From assembly GCF_000186885.1 (NCBI RefSeq), contig NC_014972.1, positions 2,910,001-2,942,000 of the forward strand: a stretch of 32,000 nt of DNA. The letters are read 5' to 3'. The DNA is from Desulfobulbus propionicus DSM 2032 (GTDB lineage Bacteria > Desulfobacterota > Desulfobulbia > Desulfobulbales > Desulfobulbaceae). The notes under the pieces are model-generated. The model worked only from the letters and a program-made list of their open reading frames with translations, was not told the origin of the DNA and made no database searches. How positions within the stretch are numbered: position 1 is the first letter of the stretch; each line of letters opens with the position of its first letter. The position numbers were made by a program, and so were the translations under genes. Of this stretch, positions 25,733-32,000 are shown in pieces.

Positions 25733-27361
25733 TCAATGCCCCTTGATATATTTGCCCATGGCCGTGCGCAGGGATTCGGCGCTGAAGGGCTTGATCAGGA
25801 TGTCGTTGACCCCTGCCGCCGAGGCAGCTTCGTGATCCTGGACATCAGACTGGGTGGTGACCATGATCACCGGCAGACTCTCCGAGGGATACAAGGTCCG
25901 GATACGCCGGGTGAGTTCGATGCCGCTGATCTCGGGCATGTTGAGATCGGTCAGCACCAGGGCCGGCTTCTCCTTGGCCAGCCACTCCAAGGCCCCGGCA
26001 GGAAACTCAAACAGCACCGGCTCGAAACCGAGCTCGTGAAGGGTTGCCTTGTAAATATTGAGGATCATGCGTGAATCGTCAACGGCACAGACTTTGATTC
26101 GTGTACCTCCTTCCCGCTCCTCGCCGGCAATGCGCGCCGCAAACTCCCCCAATCCCTCCTTGTTGAGCAGGGCAATATAGTGCTGTCGAATGTCCCGGTG
26201 TGCATGGGGCAGATAAATCAGGGCCAATTCCTGAAAATAGTCTTCCTTGGCCAAACGCAGAAACAGATTGTCGACCTGGGCATTGACTATGATCTTGACG
26301 ATATGGCGCGCCTCGTCATTCTGAGCACGGACCATGTTCTTGATGCCGGCGGCGAGAATTTCGTTGAAATTGCGGTCGATGGCCCGGGCAGCGGCGGTAC
26401 AGACATGATCCTCGCTGTCGTTCAAACCGGCGGCCAGGGTATAGGCCCCCTTACGCAAAGGGAGCAGAGCCAGGGCCTCGTAGGCGGCAAAGCGGACGTT
26501 GGGATTGCGCGGCATGGTATTGAGCAGGGAACGGATCGGCATAATCGCGCTCTCGTCACCGATCTCGCCGAGCACGTTCAAGGTGTGGATCAGCAGATCG
26601 CTGTCACTCTCCTTCAGGTTCTCAATTAATACCGGCACGGCCTTGACCCCGATACGGACCAGCTCGTCCTTGGCGTAGATGCGCATGTGCGCGTAGTGGG
26701 ACCGGAGCGTATCATTCAACTTTTCCAGGGAAACCTGGTCCTGGACCTCGGAAAAGACCCCAAGGATGATCAGGTCCAACTCGTTGTCCGTTCCCATCCG
26801 CTCGGCCAGACGGTGCATGGCCGTGTTGGTGCCGACCTGCCCGAGGGCGTGGATGGCGGCGATGATCAGTTCCCGATCCGCGGCGTAAAGGTAATCGGTC
26901 AGGGCATTGATCGACTCGGGATCGCCGATCAGTCCCAGATTTTCAATAATCAGCTTGATGGTGGCCGTCTTGTTGGTCGCGGCTAGCAGGCCGACCAGCA
27001 CCGGGGTGGCTTCCTCGAATTTCAACTCGCCCGCTGTTTCGATCATCACCGTCTTGTCGGCAAGGTGGGGATCGACCAAGCAATTGAGCAGAACATCCGG
27101 ATAGGCGATCAGATGGGAAATGAGCGTTTCGCGGATGATCGGCAAATCGGTGCACAACTCCGGCTGAGTGGTAAGCAGATGGTTCAACAGGGGGACGGTA
27201 AAGGCTACCTCGCCGCGCGACAATTCATACAACAGCCGATTCTGCGTCTTCTTGTCGACTTCACCGAGATGATCTAGAACCAGCCGGGCCTTGAGGGCAT
27301 CCCCGGTCTGAATATTGGCCTGGATCTCCTCAATCATATGATCAGCGTTCAACGCAGCCAT
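25733..27361 (-). CDS. HEAT-repeat protein with C-terminal response-regulator receiver domain
   Basis: 542 aa. Helical repeats such as LVGLLAATNKTATIKLIIENLGLIGDPESINALTDYL and VPVLIENLKESDSDLLIHTLNVLGEIGDESAIMPIRSLL. C-terminal REC VCAVDDSRMILNIYK...ALVLTDLNMPEISGIELTRRIR...PVIMVTTQSD...NDILIKPFSAESL. Confidence 0.9.
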   Translation of the reverse strand: MAALNADHMIEEIQANIQTGDALKARLVLDHLGEVDKKTQNRLLYELSRGEVAFTVPLLNHLLTTQPELCTDLPIIRETLISHLIAYPDVLLNCLVDPHLADKTVMIETAGELKFEEATPVLVGLLAATNKTATIKLIIENLGLIGDPESINALTDYLYAADRELIIAAIHALGQVGTNTAMHRLAERMGTDNELDLIILGVFSEVQDQVSLEKLNDTLRSHYAHMRIYAKDELVRIGVKAVPVLIENLKESDSDLLIHTLNVLGEIGDESAIMPIRSLLNTMPRNPNVRFAAYEALALLPLRKGAYTLAAGLNDSEDHVCTAAARAIDRNFNEILAAGIKNMVRAQNDEARHIVKIIVNAQVDNLFLRLAKEDYFQELALIYLPHAHRDIRQHYIALLNKEGLGEFAARIAGEEREGGTRIKVCAVDDSRMILNIYKATLHELGFEPVLFEFPAGALEWLAKEKPALVLTDLNMPEISGIELTRRIRTLYPSESLPVIMVTTQSDVQDHEAASAAGVNDILIKPFSAESLRTAMGKYIKGH

Positions 27362-27393
27362 GCATCACCCCTGTTGAAGATTTGTTTCTGCCG

Positions 27394-29121
27394 TTATTTC
27401 AATAACCAGTCGACGTCCAACCGGCTGATCACATTCAAGCCGCCACACAATACCATGCTAGCGGATTTTCCCAGGTGGTCAAGGAAGACTTGCACCTCAT
27501 AGGACCGCGGGCCGGCGTTGCACAACAGGATGAAGGTCTTGCCGGCCGGCAGCTCGCCGTGGCGCGTCCGCACCTGTCCGTATTCCATCGCGATCCAGCG
27601 CTCGGCACCGTACCTCTCAACATAGGGAGCGGCCTCCACGGGATGCCGCAGGTCGAGCACCGCCCAGTCGGGCTCGCTGGCCATGTTGTCCATCCAGGCC
27701 AGAAAGCGGCCAAGCTCGATCTGGCGCAACCGGTTGTCGCACAAGTTTTCCGCCACATAGGCGGCAGCGTTGATCGAGTCGATGGCCGAGGAGAACGGTG
27801 GCGCATAGGCCATTTCCACCATGCCGAAGTCCTCGATGGTCGCCCCCTTGGCGATCAGCGCCGCGGCGGTGTCCACTCGGGCGGAAATCGAGTCATTCAT
27901 CATTCCGAAGGCCTGCAACCCCAGGACCCGCCGGTTTTTCCGCTCAAAAACCAGTTGCAGGATCACCACCGCCTGATCCGGAAAAAAGTGGGCCCGATCA
28001 GCCGGCGCGGTCAGGGCATAGTCGGCGTCAAACCCTTCGGCCCGAGCCGCTTCAACGGTGAGCCCCGTTGCGGCGATGCACCGTTCAAAGGCTTTCATGA
28101 TGAAAGAACCGCAGACCCCGTTAAATACCGTGGGATAGCCGGCCAGGTTATCGCCCACCACCCGGCCTTCGCGGTTGGCCAAGGAGCCGAGCGGCGCATA
28201 GGTTTCCCGGCCGGTGATCAGGCTGGTCACGGCGATGCAGTCGCCGGCGGCGTAAATATCGGGATCCGAGGTCTGCAACCGCTGGTTGACCTTGATGCCG
28301 CCCCAGGGGGCGACATCCAGCCCGGCAGCCTTGGCCAGTTCGCTGCGGGGCCGCACGCCCACGGCCATGATCACCAGGTCGGCCTCCAGGGTGCGCTGGC
28401 CGGTTTTGACCCCGCAGACCTTGCCCTGGCCGTCATTCAGCAACTCGGTGGCCGACTCACGGGCATACACAGCCACCCCCTTTTCCTGGAGATGCTTTTT
28501 CAACATGGCGGCAAAATGCCAATCAACGATGCGCGGCAACAGTTGCGGCGCCAGCTCCAACAGGCTGGTCTCGATGCCCCAGAGATCGGTCAGGGCCTCG
28601 GCCATCTCGATGCCGATGGCACCGCCGCCGATGACCACCGCCCGACTGACCTTGCCCTGGGCAATCCTCTGTTTAATCTCAATCGCCTTGTGCAGGTTGG
28701 CGATGGTGAACACCCCATCCAGATCAGCACCGGGAATGGGCAGATCAAAGGGCCTGGATCCGGTGGCCAGCATCAGCTTGTCATAGGGCAGATCCTGCTG
28801 GGCACCGGTTTCGAGATTTTCCACCCGCACCGTTTTGGCCTGGCGATCAATGGCCAGGGCCTTTGTTTGGGTCAGCACCCGCACCCCCTTGGAATGCTCA
28901 AAAAAGGTGGCGTCACGCACCACATGGAAACTGGTGGCCCGCAGCTCGCTCTCGTCGGAGACATCGCCGCTGACATAGTAGGGAATGCCGCAGCCGCCGT
29001 AGGAAATCAGGCTGTCCTGATCGACCATGGTGACCTCCCAGTCCGGCCGCAGTCGTTTCAATCTGCAGGCAGCCTTGGGTCCTGCGGCCACCGCCCCGAC
29101 AATCACTATTTTCTTGCTCAT
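27394..29121 (-). CDS. FAD-dependent CoA-disulfide reductase-like oxidoreductase with C-terminal rhodanese domain
   Basis: ATG 29121 preceded by AGGAGGAAA. MSKKIVIVGAVAAGPKAACRLKRL, SLISYGGCGIPYYVSGDV (active-site Cys region), VVIGGGAIGIEMAEAL, DIYAAGDCI, C-terminal rhodanese loop ILLCNAGPRSYEVQVFL. Confidence 0.92.
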   Translation of the reverse strand: MSKKIVIVGAVAAGPKAACRLKRLRPDWEVTMVDQDSLISYGGCGIPYYVSGDVSDESELRATSFHVVRDATFFEHSKGVRVLTQTKALAIDRQAKTVRVENLETGAQQDLPYDKLMLATGSRPFDLPIPGADLDGVFTIANLHKAIEIKQRIAQGKVSRAVVIGGGAIGIEMAEALTDLWGIETSLLELAPQLLPRIVDWHFAAMLKKHLQEKGVAVYARESATELLNDGQGKVCGVKTGQRTLEADLVIMAVGVRPRSELAKAAGLDVAPWGGIKVNQRLQTSDPDIYAAGDCIAVTSLITGRETYAPLGSLANREGRVVGDNLAGYPTVFNGVCGSFIMKAFERCIAATGLTVEAARAEGFDADYALTAPADRAHFFPDQAVVILQLVFERKNRRVLGLQAFGMMNDSISARVDTAAALIAKGATIEDFGMVEMAYAPPFSSAIDSINAAAYVAENLCDNRLRQIELGRFLAWMDNMASEPDWAVLDLRHPVEAAPYVERYGAERWIAMEYGQVRTRHGELPAGKTFILLCNAGPRSYEVQVFLDHLGKSASMVLCGGLNVISRLDVDWLLK

Positions 29122-29243
29122 GGTATTTCCTCCTATGCGAAAAAAAATGACAACAATACAACCACAATCAACTTGATCCGAGAAGAACCGGCGCGCACGG
29201 CGCCACCCGGGGGGCACAGGATCTGCTCCGGCCTCTACCATTT

Positions 29244-32000
29244 TCAGGGGGCAGACGGCTCCTCTGTTTGCCGTTCGTTCGACGGCGGCGTTGGCTCCGT
29301 GGCGAGCCGTGTTGCCGCGGCCGCCAAAAAGGCCTGACGATCAAACACAGGGCGAGAAACGGTGCCGGAAATCTCCGTCTCGATCGTGGCCTCTTCCACC
29401 ACTACCCCGCCGACGTTCCGGGCCGTATGTTCCGTCAACGGCATCCGCAGGCGGATGGACAACGCGCCATTGGCCTCCGCGCCACCGCTGACAACCAGTT
29501 CGCTATCGCCGGCCAACAGACGGATCGGCGCGCAGCTCACGCTGCCATTCTTGCCGTCGCAGACAAGTTCCCGGTCCTGGAAGCGCAGCCTGCTTCGGTC
29601 CAAACCAGCTGCAAGCAAGGCATCCCGCAAGGCGCCCTTTGCCTTGAGTCGTGTTTTTTCCAGACCGAGCACGACAGTAAAGGTCGGCCGTTGCCTGCCC
29701 GCGGTGTTGACCGGCCAGAAAAAATGTTCCATGCGCAGATCGATTGTCCCTTCAACCTGGGCCAGCGCTCCGAACAAGGGATGCATGGGCGCCAGCAGGC
29801 CTTCGACCAGCGACCGTTTCAGGGGCACGCCAAGCAAGACCTGGCTGGCTGGCGGTAAGGTCATCGTTGCCCGGCGATCTTTCCATTGCCACTCGGGTCG
29901 CAGGGTAACCTTGCCGCCATTGAGCGGGCCAGAGAGCTGAGCCCGCAACCGGCCCCGATTGCACTCCAGCGACAAGGCATTGTCCCGCAGGTCGATCCGG
30001 TGAAAACCAAGCCGCGCGAGGGGCAGATGCGTGTCCAAGGTCAGTTGCTCCAAATCAAGCGGCAGGCGAAGGGGCAGACTGAGAAGAAAGGAGCCCGGCT
30101 CGTTGCCGCTCAGGACGATCTCCCGGCCGATCATGGGCTGGAGCAGCGGCAGCAGCGCCGGAAAATGGGGGGTTAACCGTCCCTGCAGTTCCACACGGGC
30201 CGTTGGCTGCGTCCGTATCAGCCCGGTTCCTTCGAGGCCAAACGGAGCGGCATGCAGGGAAAAGGCGGGAATCCTCACCTCTTCCTTGCCGTCCCGGGCG
30301 CCGAGCGTGCGCATCTTGAGCGTCAGGCGGGGATCGGTGAACACGTTGCGGGTACCGTCAAACAAGGCAAAAGGCGCCATGGTCACGGTCAGATCGCCCT
30401 CCACCACATCGTCGCTGGCCTGGCGGGTCCATGACGTCCGAGCCCTGCCCTTCACCCCCATGCCCTGTCCGATCCATCCCCCGGCCTTGGCCAGGCCCGC
30501 CAGCAGGCTGGCGTCGTGATCGCCATGCACTTCCAGGGAAACGCCGGACCGTTTGTCGTGCCAATTGTCCATGGAATAACCGAAGTCAACGACATTGGCC
30601 GCGCTCGTGAAACGCAGGTGGCGCAGATCGAGCTGATGGGCCGCGAAATCAAGCAGCAGAAAAGCCCGTTCCTGGTCATTCAAATCCTGCCAATTGTCGG
30701 CAACCATCAACTGCCCCAAGGCAACGCCCCCTCTGGAAAGTGGGCCGCCCTCGAAACCGAGACCCACCCGTGGTTCACGGACCAACGGCCCTGCCTCGGT
30801 GGCCACGAGCAGCTGAGCCACATGGCCGTCGAGGCGGTCCAGCACGATCCGTTGGCCGTTCCAGGTCCCCGATGCATCAAGCGACAGCTGCCCCTCCAGC
30901 CCCAGGGGCAGCGGCCTGCCGCCAAGACCGCGCGCCACGGCACCCATCCGGCCCAGATCCGCCGTTCCCTTGACAAAACAATTGGCGGGGGGCCCCGATG
31001 CCTCCGCCAGTTCGATCGTTCGCGCCTCCGGCTGGATATTGTCGGCCTGCAGGGAAAATGTCCCGGGCCAGCCGGTTGCCTCCAACCGCAGGGCGTGCAT
31101 CCGGCCGTCACGGAACCATGTCGGCGGCCCTTCGATCTCCGCCCGCAGGGAGAGGTCGTGCTCGGGAAACAGCACGGCCTGCTCTCGCAGGAAACCAAAA
31201 CCGCCGATGTCCAGCCGACTTTCCAGCCGATACCGCCCGTCCTCCCCCAGGCGGGACGAGGCGGCGAATGCGGCCTGGCCTCGGGGCCGCACCTCCAGGG
31301 CGAAGATCTTGCCCAATTCGGCGAACATCCGGTCGAGATCGGCCTGCGCTTGCACGGTGAAAGCATCCAAGGTACCGCTGCCGCCGGCCTCGAAGAAAGG
31401 AGCCCGGGCCTGTGCGGTGCGCACCAAAATCTTCCCCTGGTTCGACTCGGCCTCAAGGTTCAAGCGCAACGGCGAATCCCAGGCGATATGCTGTCCCGCA
31501 TGTACTGCCTCCAGCCGCTCGGTCCCGCAGTCGGCCTTGACGGTCAGTTGATCGGGCCGCCCCGCAGCCTGGAGGGAAAAATCGACCCGCCCGTTCTCAA
31601 TGGTTGTCTTCTGGTGCACGGACAGCAGGTGGGGCAGCTGAGCCGCCATTGCCGCCAGGTCGAGCGAACCCGTGGCGGTCAACTGGACATCTTTCTGGTC
31701 CAGATGGCCACTTGCCTGGAATTGAAGCGGATCGGATCGAAGTTCCAAGGCGGACAGCCGCCAGCCTTCGTCGCGATGGTGGCTCCCGGTGAACGTGAAG
31801 CGCAGATCGGTCAAGAACGGCCGGTCTTGACCGAGCACGCCTCCAAAAAGCGCCATCTCCCGCAACGAGGCCTCGCCACGGAGTTCCGCGTCCCTGATCC
31901 CGGCGACGTTCAACCGGCAGGTGGCGTTCAGCAGTCCTTGGCCTCGGGGGAACTTGCCCCGTGCAGCGGCCAACTCAAGAAAATCGGCAATTTCCAGTTG
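29244..32000 (-). CDS. Large AsmA-like envelope protein, N-terminus beyond right window edge
   Basis: More than 909 aa of repetitive beta-rich sequence (e.g. VEGTIDLRMEHFFW, GAEANGALSIRLRMPLTEHTARNVGG). The 31973 start in the ORF track is an internal TTG. The frame stays open to base 32000 (QLEIADFLELAAARGKFPRGQG...). Confidence 0.65.
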   Translation of the reverse strand, partial: QLEIADFLELAAARGKFPRGQGLLNATCRLNVAGIRDAELRGEASLREMALFGGVLGQDRPFLTDLRFTFTGSHHRDEGWRLSALELRSDPLQFQASGHLDQKDVQLTATGSLDLAAMAAQLPHLLSVHQKTTIENGRVDFSLQAAGRPDQLTVKADCGTERLEAVHAGQHIAWDSPLRLNLEAESNQGKILVRTAQARAPFFEAGGSGTLDAFTVQAQADLDRMFAELGKIFALEVRPRGQAAFAASSRLGEDGRYRLESRLDIGGFGFLREQAVLFPEHDLSLRAEIEGPPTWFRDGRMHALRLEATGWPGTFSLQADNIQPEARTIELAEASGPPANCFVKGTADLGRMGAVARGLGGRPLPLGLEGQLSLDASGTWNGQRIVLDRLDGHVAQLLVATEAGPLVREPRVGLGFEGGPLSRGGVALGQLMVADNWQDLNDQERAFLLLDFAAHQLDLRHLRFTSAANVVDFGYSMDNWHDKRSGVSLEVHGDHDASLLAGLAKAGGWIGQGMGVKGRARTSWTRQASDDVVEGDLTVTMAPFALFDGTRNVFTDPRLTLKMRTLGARDGKEEVRIPAFSLHAAPFGLEGTGLIRTQPTARVELQGRLTPHFPALLPLLQPMIGREIVLSGNEPGSFLLSLPLRLPLDLEQLTLDTHLPLARLGFHRIDLRDNALSLECNRGRLRAQLSGPLNGGKVTLRPEWQWKDRRATMTLPPASQVLLGVPLKRSLVEGLLAPMHPLFGALAQVEGTIDLRMEHFFWPVNTAGRQRPTFTVVLGLEKTRLKAKGALRDALLAAGLDRSRLRFQDRELVCDGKNGSVSCAPIRLLAGDSELVVSGGAEANGALSIRLRMPLTEHTARNVGGVVVEEATIETEISGTVSRPVFDRQAFLAAAATRLATEPTPPSNERQTEEPSAP

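Noticed and set aside
27475-29337. 620-aa plus-strand ORF
   Set aside because: Antisense to the FAD/rhodanese oxidoreductase, which has clear motifs and a strong RBS.
1-32000. Possible defence island, phage, transposon, toxin-antitoxin or CRISPR content
   Set aside because: No recombinase, transposase, nuclease or phage structural genes and no spaced repeat array were seen. The gene content is metabolic, envelope and signalling.

Overview
GC-rich bacterial chromosome segment. Gene content suggests an anaerobic deltaproteobacterium / Desulfobulbales-type organism (inference only). Most of the window is dense, single-copy, vertically plausible coding sequence. I see no rRNA, tRNA, CRISPR array, transposase or phage genes. 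Main blocks: (1) a truncated GT4-like glycosyltransferase behind a glucosyl-3-phosphoglycerate synthase (gpgS-like), minus strand. (2) A plus-strand run from an OmpR-type response regulator through a LysM/FecR protein and a CHASE2-PAS histidine kinase, overlapping directly into a ydbH-ynbE-ydbL set (AsmA-like intermembrane phospholipid transport). (3) ArsR-type regulator, full-length Aas (acyltransferase + AMP ligase), and an LplT-type MFS transporter fused to a second PlsC-like acyltransferase. (4) A minus-strand cassette of stand-alone RapZ C-terminal domain, phasin-like protein and ABC1/UbiB kinase. (5) A CLC-family transporter with two CBS domains and an unusual anion-selectivity motif. 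(6) nifJ (pyruvate:ferredoxin/flavodoxin oxidoreductase), with a hairpin-bearing leader and a clear terminator. (7) YkgJ-type cysteine-cluster protein, small ORFs, and a PHP phosphoesterase. (8) A HEAT-repeat protein with a C-terminal REC domain, a CoA-disulfide-reductase-like flavoprotein with a rhodanese domain, and a second large AsmA-like protein running off the right edge. The best candidate for a little-described system is the 2.3-14.1 kb neighbourhood, which places envelope signalling proteins beside an intermembrane lipid bridge and a lysophospholipid repair pathway.
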